From positions 10,801-74,800 of the forward strand of contig CAJTXX010000004.1 in assembly GCA_910584145.1 (NCBI GenBank): a stretch of DNA of 64,000 nucleotides, in the 5' to 3' direction. The notes under the pieces were generated by a model. The model made no database searches. It was not told the DNA's origin and saw nothing but the letters and a program-made list of their open reading frames with translations. This document shows positions 16,603-26,477 of this stretch, one piece after another; the stretch's first letter is position 1, and each line of letters opens with the position of its first letter. Position numbers and translations under genes: made by a program. This stretch comes from an uncultured Eggerthellaceae bacterium. GTDB lineage: Bacteria; Actinomycetota; Coriobacteriia; Coriobacteriales; Eggerthellaceae.

Positions 16603-19600
16603 TCAGCGCAGCCCGCGCAAGGCGCGCTCTGCGTCCGTCTGCGCTCTGCGGTTGCGCGAGGCCATCTGCCTGATGCCGTAGGCGGCTCCTGCGAGCGCTA
16701 TGGCACCGGCTCCGAGCGCTGCGATGAGCGCAGGGCCGCTCGTGTCCCCGGTCTTGTCGTATCCGCTGCCGGCAGACGGTGTGCGCCCTTCGATGCGCAC
16801 CGTCTGCTCCTCGGAGCGGAGGTCGGCGTGCAGGGCGACGAGCGAGCGCTCGCTGCGCCCGTCCCCAGGGTCCATCTCGCGGTAGAGATGCTCGTATGCG
16901 ACGACGCTCTGCCCGCCGAGCCCGCTCGCATCGAAGGTGAATGTGACGCTCTCCGTGCCCGATGACGCTGCTGGCACGAAGTACTTCGTGGCGGTCACTG
17001 GCTTGTCTCCTACGAGCAGCGGCTCTCCGGTGGCGCGGTCGTACAGCATGCCTTCCAGGATATGCTCCTTCCCGGCGGTCAGCCCTTCGTAGGCCACCTC
17101 GTCGGTTATGCGCGCCTCTCTGCTGTTCAGCAGCGCATGGTCGCCGTCGGTCGCGTCCGTCGCGATGGTGCGCACCGCGCCCGTCACGAAGATGACGGTC
17201 TGGTCGTCGTTCTCCAGATCGGCCTCGCCGCAGACGGCCTCGCCCGAGCTGTCCTTCACCACGATCACGCATGAGGTGGCTCGCTCGCCTTCGAGCCCGC
17301 GCGCGTCGAGCGCGTATGCGAGGGCCGTCTCGCCCGATGTGCCCTCTGCGGTGAAGCTGCGCTCGGCCCACGCCAGCCGCTCGGCTATGTCGGGGTAGCG
17401 CTCTATCACCGCGCGCAGGGCGTCGCCGTCGAAAGCGTGCGGATAGCCCGCTTCGTCTGCATACATGCTGGCGAGGCTCTCAGCGTTCGGGTCGGCGCCT
17501 GCGGCGATGAGGAGCTCGCGCATCATCTGCTCCGCTCGCACCGCAGCCTCATCACCGTCGGCATCGGCGTGTTGGAGGACGGGCAGGCCGCTGTCGGGGT
17601 CGACGAGCAGGCCGTATGCTGTGTAGCTGCTCCCGAGCACCGCATCGGCGTAGCGCACCGTGTCGGTGAGCGCGGCTTCGGCATCGGCGGTGATCTGCTT
17701 GGCTTGCGTGCGCGCATCGGCGAGGTAGGTCCATGCGCTGGTAGCATGCACCGAGAAGCTCTGATCGGCGTTGTCGGGGTCTTTGTCCTCCGCCACTATC
17801 ACCTCATCGCGCAGCAGCGTCTCGTACACCACGATGTCGTCGCCATCGCCGAGGCGGGAATCGAATGCGAAGGCGACCTCGGTCTGCCCGCTGCTCTCCT
17901 GCGGCGTGAAGACGGTGGTTCCCACCACGGGCTGCCCGTCGGCATCGCGCAGGCTCTCCACGCGCGTTGCGCCCTCGGCATCCTCTGCGGCGCGCGCTTT
18001 GAGCATCAGCTCGCCGCGCAGCGTGTATTCCTCGCCCGGTATCACATCCTCGTAGCGCACCGTATCGACCACGCGCGAGCCTTTGTCGGCTGCCACGGAA
18101 TCGTCTCCGTCGAGCACATCGGCCACCACCGTCGCTATGCGGGGCTCGCGCACGCTCACCGTTTGCGCGCTGTCGCAGACATCGGCATGCTCAGCGATGA
18201 GCTCGCCATCGCGGTAGAGCCTCTCGAGCACCACCACCTCGCGCCCGTCGAGCTGGCTCGTGTCGCACGTGAAGGTCACCTCTTGCGCGCCATCGCGATG
18301 CTCAGGCGTGAAGGTCTTCTGGGCCGTGCAGGGCTCGCCCTGCTGGTTGGTGAGGGCGGCCGCATCATCTCCGGCCTCGTCGCCGGCGCCCCTCACCCAG
18401 AGCTCGCCGCGCAGCTCGTATTCGGCCCCTGCTATCAGATTGCGGTATTGCACGGTATCGGTGATGCGGGCTTGCGGGTCGGCGGGCACGATCTTGTCGC
18501 CGTCGTGCGCATCGGCGGCGCTGGTGCGCAGCGTCGGCGTATCGATATGCACGGTCTGGTCGTAGTCGGCGGCATCTTCATGCTCGGCCACCACCGTGCC
18601 GGTGCTGACCTTCACCAGCTCTTCGAACACCACGACATCGCGGCCGGCGAGCGCGCGGGAATCGAAGGCGATCGTCACCTCGGCGTAGCCATTGGGCTGG
18701 GTCGGGGTGAACCGGGCCGACCCGCCTACCGGTGCTCCGCTCGCATCGGCGATGGCCTCGCCGCTCTGCGCATCGACCAAGGTGGCGCACAGCTCGTAGG
18801 CGCCGCCTTCCGACACGTCGAGGTTCGCGTACTGCACGCGGTCGATGATGCGCGCGGCATGGTCGGCGCTGGCGTTCTTGCCGCCGGTCTGGTATTCGCG
18901 GGCGCGGGTGGTGATGGCGCATTCCGAGAGGGCTTGGTCGTCGAACGTCCCCAAGCCGACCACGTAGCCCTCACGCTCGCCGATGGTCAGGCTGGGCATC
19001 CGTATGAGGGCGAGGCCCGCATTGCCGCTCACCCGCAGCTCCTCGATGGTGTACGTGCCATAGGGCAGCGCGCCCTTGGCATCGTCGGGCTTGCTGCTGC
19101 CGAACCAGACACCGGCTGTGGGGTCGAGCAGCGCCTCGTCGACGGTGCCGTCTGCGCGGACGGCCGCGTCATTCGCGTTCGTCTTGGCGGTGTGGCCGTT
19201 CCAAAGCGCCGCTGTGGAGGCTTGCCCGTTCGCGTCGGTCACCACGATGTGGCCTTCCCCGGTCGTGTTGTCGCGTATGCGGAAGGGGATGCCCGCCAAG
19301 CGGTTCTGGTCTGATTCGCGCGCCTTCACGAATTCCACGTCGCCTCGGAATACCTGGTCGGCGACGCTGGGCGCGTTGTAGGCGGTGCTGGTCTCGGTGG
19401 TGCCCGTTGCGGTCACCTGGCGCACATGCACGCGCTCATCGCTCAGGTGGTAGCCCGCTGGTGCTTTCGTCTCCTGGATGAGCAGTGTGCCGAGCGGGAT
19501 GGCCGCTCTGCCGTCAGATGCCCGGTAGAACGCATCGCCCGATACCAGGTGGCTGTCGTTCAGGCGTGCATGCCCGTCTTCGTCGGTGCGCACCACCCAG

Positions 19601-20742
19601 GTGCGCGCAGGCGGCCCGCTCTGCTCGGTGGCTTGCGCGCTCGCGTAGTGCCCGCGGTAATAACGGACGGTGAACTGCGCATCGGCGAGGGAGGCTCCGC
19701 CCTGCGGCGCGGCAGCGCCCGTCTCTGCGTCCAGCTTGGCTACGATCATGTCGGCCGTGCTGCGCAGCGGCGCATCCTTCACCTGGCCGCCGTTCACGTG
19801 CGCGCAGGCGCCCTTGCGCACCTCGATGCGATGCACCGCAGGGTCGAGCGCGTAGCCGCGCGGAGCTGCGAGCTCCTTCACATAGTAGGTGCCGGTGCGC
19901 AGATAGCCCGACTTCGCACGGCCCTGCGCATCGCACGCGAGCTCTGCCGCCTTATCGGCGCATGCTCCGTCGCGGAAGATGCCGTAACGGGCGCCTTCCA
20001 AGGCATAGCACGGGTTGTCGTCGGTGATGCTGGTGTCGGCGGATGCCTTCTGGAGGTCGAGCCAGCCGCCCGGCGTGTACCCGATGATGGTCTGCTTATC
20101 GCCGCCCGGGTTCAACTGGAAGCAGCTCGCGGTGAACTCCGGCGGCACCTCGCCTGCGCGCTCGCGCATCTGCGCCTGCACCGAGCCGGGATTGTAGACG
20201 CCGGCATTCATCATCAGCACATGCTGGAGCGCCCAAGAGCGCAGCCCTCCCGTGACATCCTCCAAGGCCAGAAGGCCGTTGCAGGTGAAGAAGTCTCCCA
20301 GCACGATATGCGTCAGCACCAGGTACCGGTCATCGCTCATCGGGGTGCCGTCGAACCAGGCGGATGGCCACATGGCGGCATCGAACCCGGGGCCGTCGTA
20401 GCCGAACCACAGGCATGCGGCGATGTCCTCGGGGCGGTAGCCGTTGTCGGGGTTCACCGTCCTCGGGTCGACGGGGGCGGCGCTGTAGGCTCCTGCTGCC
20501 GGCGTGTACATGCCGGGCTCGGCGCAAAAGGCGATGTTGCCGTCAGCATACATATAGTTCGTGAAGGTGTTCGAATACGGTACTTGGCGCTCTATCCGCA
20601 GCTCGACGCTGCGCTCGGCGTAGGCCACCTGCGCTCCCAAGGGGATGCCGGGGATGAGCCCCAACGCCAAGATGAAGGCCAACAGGAGTGCTGCTAAGCG
20701 CTGCGGCAGCGCTCTTTTTCGTCTGGTCTGTGCTCGTGCCAC
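16603..20742 (-). CDS. Large surface adhesin with signal peptide, thioester (TED)-like domain, SpaA/Cna-B-like domains, five VaFE (ester-bond) repeats and a C-terminal cell-wall sorting signal
   Basis: GTG start with AGGAG upstream and signal peptide LAALLLAFILALGLIPG. It has NIAFCAEPG (TED-like Cys), YYVKELAAPRGYALD and LIQETKAPAGYHL. There are five repeats with VVVFEEL/VVVLERL/IVVYETL/.../VVAYEHL. The C-terminus is YDKTG plus a hydrophobic stretch plus RNRR. Confidence 0.85.
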   Translation of the reverse strand: MARAQTRRKRALPQRLAALLLAFILALGLIPGIPLGAQVAYAERSVELRIERQVPYSNTFTNYMYADGNIAFCAEPGMYTPAAGAYSAAPVDPRTVNPDNGYRPEDIAACLWFGYDGPGFDAAMWPSAWFDGTPMSDDRYLVLTHIVLGDFFTCNGLLALEDVTGGLRSWALQHVLMMNAGVYNPGSVQAQMRERAGEVPPEFTASCFQLNPGGDKQTIIGYTPGGWLDLQKASADTSITDDNPCYALEGARYGIFRDGACADKAAELACDAQGRAKSGYLRTGTYYVKELAAPRGYALDPAVHRIEVRKGACAHVNGGQVKDAPLRSTADMIVAKLDAETGAAAPQGGASLADAQFTVRYYRGHYASAQATEQSGPPARTWVVRTDEDGHARLNDSHLVSGDAFYRASDGRAAIPLGTLLIQETKAPAGYHLSDERVHVRQVTATGTTETSTAYNAPSVADQVFRGDVEFVKARESDQNRLAGIPFRIRDNTTGEGHIVVTDANGQASTAALWNGHTAKTNANDAAVRADGTVDEALLDPTAGVWFGSSKPDDAKGALPYGTYTIEELRVSGNAGLALIRMPSLTIGEREGYVVGLGTFDDQALSECAITTRAREYQTGGKNASADHAARIIDRVQYANLDVSEGGAYELCATLVDAQSGEAIADASGAPVGGSARFTPTQPNGYAEVTIAFDSRALAGRDVVVFEELVKVSTGTVVAEHEDAADYDQTVHIDTPTLRTSAADAHDGDKIVPADPQARITDTVQYRNLIAGAEYELRGELWVRGAGDEAGDDAAALTNQQGEPCTAQKTFTPEHRDGAQEVTFTCDTSQLDGREVVVLERLYRDGELIAEHADVCDSAQTVSVREPRIATVVADVLDGDDSVAADKGSRVVDTVRYEDVIPGEEYTLRGELMLKARAAEDAEGATRVESLRDADGQPVVGTTVFTPQESSGQTEVAFAFDSRLGDGDDIVVYETLLRDEVIVAEDKDPDNADQSFSVHATSAWTYLADARTQAKQITADAEAALTDTVRYADAVLGSSYTAYGLLVDPDSGLPVLQHADADGDEAAVRAEQMMRELLIAAGADPNAESLASMYADEAGYPHAFDGDALRAVIERYPDIAERLAWAERSFTAEGTSGETALAYALDARGLEGERATSCVIVVKDSSGEAVCGEADLENDDQTVIFVTGAVRTIATDATDGDHALLNSREARITDEVAYEGLTAGKEHILEGMLYDRATGEPLLVGDKPVTATKYFVPAASSGTESVTFTFDASGLGGQSVVAYEHLYREMDPGDGRSERSLVALHADLRSEEQTVRIEGRTPSAGSGYDKTGDTSGPALIAALGAGAIALAGAAYGIRQMASRNRRAQTDAERALRGLR

Positions 20743-21076
20743 GTTCAGCTCCTAACCATCGCATCGGGAAGATCGGCTCGCTTTGAACCTTACCCATGCG
20801 GTCTGGCGCGGAGATGATAGGGATGCGATATCCGGCTACCACCGCATCGACCCCTCATGCGAGCCGCGCGGAGAAGCGGTTGAGCATGGTATCGCCCATG
20901 CGCGCTGACGTTATCGGGCGCGCATCCGATAGGTGCGCGCTATGCGGCCTTATGCGCATCTGCTGTGGTTCTTGCGCAGAACGGGCGAGAACCTTCCGCA
21001 GACCTTGCAGCGCTGCGGGCCATGTCGCAGAATAGGCCCGAAAAGAGCGATCAGAGCAGATAAGTCGAGGTCTTGC

Positions 21077-22186
21077 ATGGATATCATCTTCATGATCGTC
21101 TGCGCCGTGTTCACCATCGGCTTCCTCGTGTTCATCCACGAGGGCGGCCATTATCTCGCCGCGCGCGCCTTCGGGGTGCGCGTCACCGAGTTCATGCTGG
21201 GCCTGCCGGGCCCGAGCATCGGCTTCACGAAAGCGGGCACGCGCTTCGGCGTCACCGCAGTGCCCCTCGGCGGCTATGCGAAGGTATGCGGTATGGAGAG
21301 CGGCCCGGTGGCGGAGCACGCGGAGGAGGTGCTGCGCTGCGTTTGGGAGCGCGGTTGCGTCACCGCAGGCGAGGTGGCCGAGGCCTGCGCGATAGATGCC
21401 GAGGATGCCCAAGACGCCCTCGATCAGCTGGTGGAATGGGGCAGCATCGCCCCTCCTGCGCGCGGCGATGCCGCAGAGGCTTACCGCACCCCGGCCTTCG
21501 AGCCGACCCGCCGCCAGCTCCGCGAGGCCGCCCGGCGCTGCGCGCCGGCGCCCGAGCCGAGCCCTGCCGGCGCCCCGCGCCCCGTGCCCGACAGCCGCAC
21601 GCTGTTCGAGCGTGAGCAAGCGCAGCTCTACCGCAGCCTGCCGTTCTGGAAACGCTCGGTCATCCTGCTCGCGGGCATCGCGGTGAACCTGATCTTCGCC
21701 ATGCTGGCGTTCGTCGTCATCTATTCGGTCCTCGGGTTCGACGTGGCGAACCCCGATACGGGCGAGCTCACGCATGTGGTGGTGTCGCCCGACAAGGCCA
21801 TCATGGCCGGGTTCAGCTACATCGGCATGACCGTGCAGGCCATCGCGGGCCTGTTCAACCCCGTCACCGCGGCCGAGACGGTGGCGAACTCCACCAGCAT
21901 CATGGGCATCGCGGTCATGTCCGCCGACTACTTCGCTGCCGGGCTCGCTGAGGCGCTGTTCTTCATGGCCATCATCTCGGTGTCGCTCGGCCTCATGAAC
22001 CTGATACCCATCCCGCCGCTCGACGGCGGGCGGTTCGCGGTCGAGGTGTTCCAGCGCATCAGCCGTCGGCAGGTGCCGGCGCGCGTCATGGGGTACCTTT
22101 CCGTGGCGGGCATGGCGCTTTTCATCGGATTGTTCGTTATCATGTTGAATCAGGATGTGCAACGGTTCATCTTCGGCAATTGGTGA
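21077..22186 (+). CDS. rseP: Site-2 (M50) zinc metalloprotease RseP/RasP family
   Basis: MDIIFMIVCAVFTIGFLVFIHEGGHYLAARAFG (HExxH), and C-terminal NLIPIPPLDGG. Confidence 0.85.
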   Translation: MDIIFMIVCAVFTIGFLVFIHEGGHYLAARAFGVRVTEFMLGLPGPSIGFTKAGTRFGVTAVPLGGYAKVCGMESGPVAEHAEEVLRCVWERGCVTAGEVAEACAIDAEDAQDALDQLVEWGSIAPPARGDAAEAYRTPAFEPTRRQLREAARRCAPAPEPSPAGAPRPVPDSRTLFEREQAQLYRSLPFWKRSVILLAGIAVNLIFAMLAFVVIYSVLGFDVANPDTGELTHVVVSPDKAIMAGFSYIGMTVQAIAGLFNPVTAAETVANSTSIMGIAVMSADYFAAGLAEALFFMAIISVSLGLMNLIPIPPLDGGRFAVEVFQRISRRQVPARVMGYLSVAGMALFIGLFVIMLNQDVQRFIFGNW

Positions 22187-22207
22187 GCCTGAAGAGAGGA
22201 TGCGCTT

Positions 22208-22381
22208 ATGGGTGGCTCCGAGCTCGCGGTCGTGCTCCTTCCATTGCTGGGATACGCGGTGGCTATCGCCTTCTGGCTCGCTATCGGGTATGTGGTGGTG
22301 AAGAAGGCCGTGAAGCGGGCGATCATAGAGGCGCATGAGGAGATGGCAGGTGGAGCGGGGCATGAAGCAGACAGGCGATAA
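22208..22381 (+). CDS. Hypothetical 57-aa single-TM protein (not in the ORF track, which excludes ORFs under 60 aa)
   Basis: My own translation is MGGSELAVVLLPLLGYAVAIAFWLAIGYVVVKKAVKRAIIEAHEEMAGGAGHEADRR. ATG at 22208 is preceded by AGAGAGGA. It fills the rseP-ispG gap. Confidence 0.4.
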   Translation: MGGSELAVVLLPLLGYAVAIAFWLAIGYVVVKKAVKRAIIEAHEEMAGGAGHEADRR

Positions 22382-22391
22382 GGCTGCGCGC

Positions 22392-23453
22392 ATGCTGACC
22401 CATCAGGTGATGGTGGGCCGGCGCGGGCATGGCGGCGTGGCGATCGGCGGCGGCGCTCCGGTAGCGGTGCAGTCGATGCTCAGCTGCCCGGCGACGGATG
22501 TGGCTGCGAACCTAGAGCAGATCGAGCGCCTGGCCGAAGCGGGCTGCGAGATCGTGCGCATGGCCATACCCGATCAAACGGCGCTCGACGCCTTCCGGCG
22601 CGTGTGCGAGGGCTCGCCGCTGCCGGTGGTGGCCGACGTGCACTTCGACGCCAGCATAGCCGTGCGCGCTGCATGGAGCGGGGCGGCGAAGCTGCGCATC
22701 AACCCCGGCAACATCGGCGGCCTGCCTAAGACCGACCTGGTCATAGACGCGGCGCGCGGCGCGGGCATCCCCATACGCATCGGGGTGAACGCCGGCTCGC
22801 TCGACGCGCAGCTGGCCGCTCGCACCGACCTCACGCTACCGGAGAAGCTGGCGGCCTCGGCGGAGGGCTACGTGCGCTACTTCGAGGAGGAGCGCGGCTT
22901 CCGCGACATCGTGGTATCGGCGAAGGCGCACGACGTGATGGCCACCATCCGCACATATCGCCTGCTCAGCGAGCGCATCCCGCATATCCCGCTGCATATC
23001 GGCATCACCGAGGCGGGCACGGCCTTCCAGGGCGCTATCAAATCGGCTGCGGGGTTGGGCGTGCTGCTCGAGCAGGGCATCGGCGACACGCTGCGCATCT
23101 CGCTCACCGACGACCCGGTGCTGGAAGTGCGCGCGGCTTGGCAGCTGCTGGCGGCGCTCGACATGCGCCGGCGCGACCCAGAGCTCATCAGCTGCCCCAC
23201 ATGCGGCCGCTGCAAGGTCGACCTGATACCTATCGCGCGCCAGGTGGAGGAGGCTGTCGGCAAGCTGGGCCGTCCGCTCAAGGTGGCGGTCATGGGATGC
23301 GTGGTGAACGGCCCGGGTGAGGCGGCCGACGCCGATGTGGGCGTGGCTTGCGGAGAGGGGCAGGGCGCCATCTTCCGTCATGGTAGAATCGTACGTAAAG
23401 CAGACGAGGCGCATATAGTGGATGCGCTGATGGAAGAGGTCGAGAAGCTCTAG
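22392..23453 (+). CDS. ispG: 4-hydroxy-3-methylbut-2-en-1-yl diphosphate synthase
   Basis: VAIGGGAPVAVQSM ... ADVHFD ... LRINPGNIG ... ISCPTCGRC ... MGCVVNGPGE. Confidence 0.95.
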   Translation: MLTHQVMVGRRGHGGVAIGGGAPVAVQSMLSCPATDVAANLEQIERLAEAGCEIVRMAIPDQTALDAFRRVCEGSPLPVVADVHFDASIAVRAAWSGAAKLRINPGNIGGLPKTDLVIDAARGAGIPIRIGVNAGSLDAQLAARTDLTLPEKLAASAEGYVRYFEEERGFRDIVVSAKAHDVMATIRTYRLLSERIPHIPLHIGITEAGTAFQGAIKSAAGLGVLLEQGIGDTLRISLTDDPVLEVRAAWQLLAALDMRRRDPELISCPTCGRCKVDLIPIARQVEEAVGKLGRPLKVAVMGCVVNGPGEAADADVGVACGEGQGAIFRHGRIVRKADEAHIVDALMEEVEKL

Positions 23454-23480
23454 GCTGGGCTCGGCCGCGAAGGAGACCCG

Positions 23481-25232
23481 ATGGCCGAGATACTGCACCT
23501 GAGCAAGCTCTACATGCCCACCCTGAAAGAGGATCCCGCCGACGCTGAGATAGCGAGCCATAAGCTGCTGCTGCGCTCCGGCATGATACGCAAGACCGCC
23601 AGCGGCGTGTACACGTTCCTGCCGCTGGGCTTCCGCGTCCTCAAGAAGATCGAGCGCATCGTGCGCGAGGAGATGGACGGCATCGGCTCGCAGGAGATCA
23701 TGATGCCGGCGCTGCAACCCTCCGAGCTCTGGCACGAGAGCGGCCGCTGGAACGATTACGGCCCCGAGCTGATGCGCCTCACCGATCGCCACGACCACGG
23801 CTTCTGCCTCGGGCCCACCCATGAGGAGCTGATAACCGCGCTCGTGCGCGACGAGCTGCGCTCCTACAAGCAGCTGCCCGTCTCCCTCTACCAGATACAG
23901 GTGAAGTTCCGCGACGAGATACGCCCGCGCTTCGGGCTCTTGCGCAGCCGCGAGTTCATCATGAAGGACGCGTACTCCTTCCACGACAGCCAGGAATCGC
24001 TCCAGCAGACCTACGATGACATGAGCGGCGCATATGGCCGCATCTGCGATAGGTGCGCGCTGGAATGGCGCGCGGTGGAGGCCGATTCCGGGCAGATCGG
24101 CGGCAGCGTGTCCATCGAGTTCATGGCGCTGGCGGAATCGGGCGAGGCGGAGCTCGTGCATTGCGCATGCGGCTACGCGGCCGATGCCGAGGCGGCGGAG
24201 TGCATCTGCCGTCCCGCGGTGCACAAGGTCGACGCGATGGAGAAGATAGCCACGCCGGGCGTGCACACCATAGACGAGCTGGCGGAGTTCCTGAGCATCC
24301 CGGCGAGCGCTACGGTGAAGGCGCTCTCCGGCAAGGGCGCCGACGGCGAGCTGGTGGTGTTCTTCATCCCCGGCGACCACGAGCTCAACGACATAAAGGC
24401 CGACCGCGCGGTGCCGGGCTTCGCCTTCCTGACCGACGAGGAGATGGAGTCGTTCGGGCTGCACAAGGGCTCGATGGGCCCTGTGGGGCTGCCGGAAGAG
24501 GCGCGCGTGGTGGCCGACCGCAACCTGAAAGGCGTGCCCGCCTGGGTGGTGGGGGCGAACGAGGACGGCTTCCACTACGTGGGCGCGCAGCTCGGCGTCG
24601 ACTTCCAGGTGGACGAATGGGCTGACCTGTGTATCGCCGTGCCGGGCGATTCGTGCCCCGAGTGCCACTGTGCGCTCGAAGGCGCCCGTGGCATCGAGGT
24701 GAGCCAGGTGTTCCAGCTGGGCGACAAGTACTCGCGCACGATGGATGCCACCTACTTGGACAAGGACGGCAAGGAGCAGTACTTCATCATGGGCTGCTAC
24801 GGCGTGGGTGTCAGCCGCACGCTGGCCGCTATCGTGGAGCAGCACAACGACGACGACGGCATCATCTGGCCGCCGTCGGTGGCGCCCGCGCAGGTGTGCG
24901 TGCTGCCGCTGTCGTCTGACGATACGGTGATGAACGCCGCCACCGGCATAGCGGATAAGCTCGCCAAGATGGGCTTCGAGGTGGCTATAGACGACCGCGA
25001 CGAGCGCGCGGGCGTGAAGTTCGCCGATGCCGACCTGGTGGGTTGGCCGCTCCAGGTGATCGTGGGCAAGCGCGGGGTGGCCGAGGGCAAGGTGGAGCTG
25101 AAGCGCCGCCGCACCGGCGAGCGCCGTGAGATGTCGTTCGATTACATGGAAGAGATGATGTCGTTCGTGAACCGCCAGATGCGCAACATGCCGCAGGGCG
25201 GCACGAACCTGTTCGCGAGCTTCTTCGAGTAG
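23481..25232 (+). CDS. proS: Proline--tRNA ligase (bacterial type with INS domain)
   Basis: 583 aa. HKLLLRSGMIRKTASGVYTFLPLG ... RPRFGLLRSREFIMKDAYSF ... GCYGVGVSR. Confidence 0.95.
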   Translation: MAEILHLSKLYMPTLKEDPADAEIASHKLLLRSGMIRKTASGVYTFLPLGFRVLKKIERIVREEMDGIGSQEIMMPALQPSELWHESGRWNDYGPELMRLTDRHDHGFCLGPTHEELITALVRDELRSYKQLPVSLYQIQVKFRDEIRPRFGLLRSREFIMKDAYSFHDSQESLQQTYDDMSGAYGRICDRCALEWRAVEADSGQIGGSVSIEFMALAESGEAELVHCACGYAADAEAAECICRPAVHKVDAMEKIATPGVHTIDELAEFLSIPASATVKALSGKGADGELVVFFIPGDHELNDIKADRAVPGFAFLTDEEMESFGLHKGSMGPVGLPEEARVVADRNLKGVPAWVVGANEDGFHYVGAQLGVDFQVDEWADLCIAVPGDSCPECHCALEGARGIEVSQVFQLGDKYSRTMDATYLDKDGKEQYFIMGCYGVGVSRTLAAIVEQHNDDDGIIWPPSVAPAQVCVLPLSSDDTVMNAATGIADKLAKMGFEVAIDDRDERAGVKFADADLVGWPLQVIVGKRGVAEGKVELKRRRTGERREMSFDYMEEMMSFVNRQMRNMPQGGTNLFASFFE

Positions 25233-25358
25233 CGGGCGCTCTGGTCAGCGCCCCGCGGCGGGCGCTGACGTTTGCGTAACAGCATCGGCGCGCACTGCGC
25301 AGCGCGGGCGGTTTGCGCCATCATGGTCTGGAGAGGCAGCCGATCTGAGGAGGCTATC

Positions 25359-25697
25359 ATGACGACCATGACAGACCCGTTCCGCGAGATATTCCTAGCG
25401 GGCGTAGGCGCGCTGGCTATCGGCGCGGAGAAATCGAAGGAGATAGTGGACCAGCTGGTGGCGAAAGGCCAGATAACCGTCGAGCAGGGCAAAGATATCG
25501 CCAGCGACCTGCATTCCCAGGCGAAGGAGAGCACCGCGCAGGTGCGCGATGATGTCATCCAGGCGTATCTGAGCACCCTGACCAAAGAGGAGCGCGACGC
25601 GTTCGCGGCGCGCGTGGCCGAGATGGCCGCCGACGCCGATGCCGACCAGCAGCTGAACAAGGAAGAAGCTGCCGAGGTGAAGATCGCCATCAAATAG
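25359..25697 (+). CDS. Phasin-like / COG3937-type small coiled-coil protein
   Basis: MTTMTDPFREIFLAGVGALAIGAEKSKEIVDQLVAKGQIT... ATG at 25359 is preceded by GAGGAGG. Confidence 0.55.
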   Translation: MTTMTDPFREIFLAGVGALAIGAEKSKEIVDQLVAKGQITVEQGKDIASDLHSQAKESTAQVRDDVIQAYLSTLTKEERDAFAARVAEMAADADADQQLNKEEAAEVKIAIK

Positions 25698-25730
25698 GCA
25701 CGGAGCGCGTTTTGCTTTAGTATGTAGCCT

Positions 25731-26477
25731 ATGGCTGAATACATCGAAGGAAAACGTGCCGTCATCGAAGCGCTGCGCAGCGGGGTTCCCCTGCGCAGCG
25801 TTCTGCTGTCCGATAGCGTGCAGCACGACGGATTGGTGAAGGACATCCTGCGCAAGGCGAAGCAGCATGGCGTGCCGGTGCGGGAGGCGTCGCGCAAGCG
25901 CATGGACGATATCAGCGAGCGGGGGAGCCATCAAGGCGTCATGGCCGAGACGGCGCCGTATCCGTATGCGGGCGGCGGCGAGGTGCTGGCGGCGGCGGTG
26001 GAGCGGGCCGATGCGACCGGGTGCGCGCTCATCGTGGTATGCGACCACATAACCGATGCAGGCAACCTGGGCGCCATCGCGCGCTCGGCCGAGTCGGTGG
26101 GGGCGTGCGGCATCGTCATCCCGAACAAGCGCTCGGCGCATGTCACCGCAGCGACCTATAAGAGCTCGGCTGGGGCTATCTCGCATATCCTGATCGCGCA
26201 GGTGGCGAACATCGCCAGCTTCATCGAGCGCACTAAAGATGAGGGCTTCTGGGCGGTGGCGGCCACCGAGCATGCCGAGGGGTCGCTCTGGGAAGCCGAT
26301 CTGCGCGGGCGCATCGTGCTGGTCATGGGCAGCGAGCACGATGGCGTGTCGCGGTTGGTGCTGGAGACGTGCGATATCCCCGCGTCCCTGCCGCAGCGCG
26401 GCGAGGTGTCGTCGTTGAACGTGGCCCAGGCATCCACCGTATTCATGTATGAATGGCTCCGCCAGAACAGCCTTTGA
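25731..26477 (+). CDS. rlmB: TrmH-family 23S rRNA (guanosine-2'-O)-methyltransferase, RlmB-like
   Basis: It has an N-terminal L30e-like segment (IEGKRAVIEAL) and SPOUT motifs (DHITDAGNLGAIARSA, VMGSEHDGVS, SSLNVAQA). Confidence 0.85.
   Translation: MAEYIEGKRAVIEALRSGVPLRSVLLSDSVQHDGLVKDILRKAKQHGVPVREASRKRMDDISERGSHQGVMAETAPYPYAGGGEVLAAAVERADATGCALIVVCDHITDAGNLGAIARSAESVGACGIVIPNKRSAHVTAATYKSSAGAISHILIAQVANIASFIERTKDEGFWAVAATEHAEGSLWEADLRGRIVLVMGSEHDGVSRLVLETCDIPASLPQRGEVSSLNVAQASTVFMYEWLRQNSL

Noticed and set aside
22836-24845. A 669-aa antisense ORF lies opposite ispG/proS. Similar long antisense ORFs occur at 37874-40045, 40818-42593, 42445-44277, 45043-46662, 52773-54404, 20855-22393 and 13025-14395.
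   Set aside because: All lie opposite well-supported housekeeping genes. They have biased Arg/His/Ala composition and no recognisable motifs. I treat them as non-coding.
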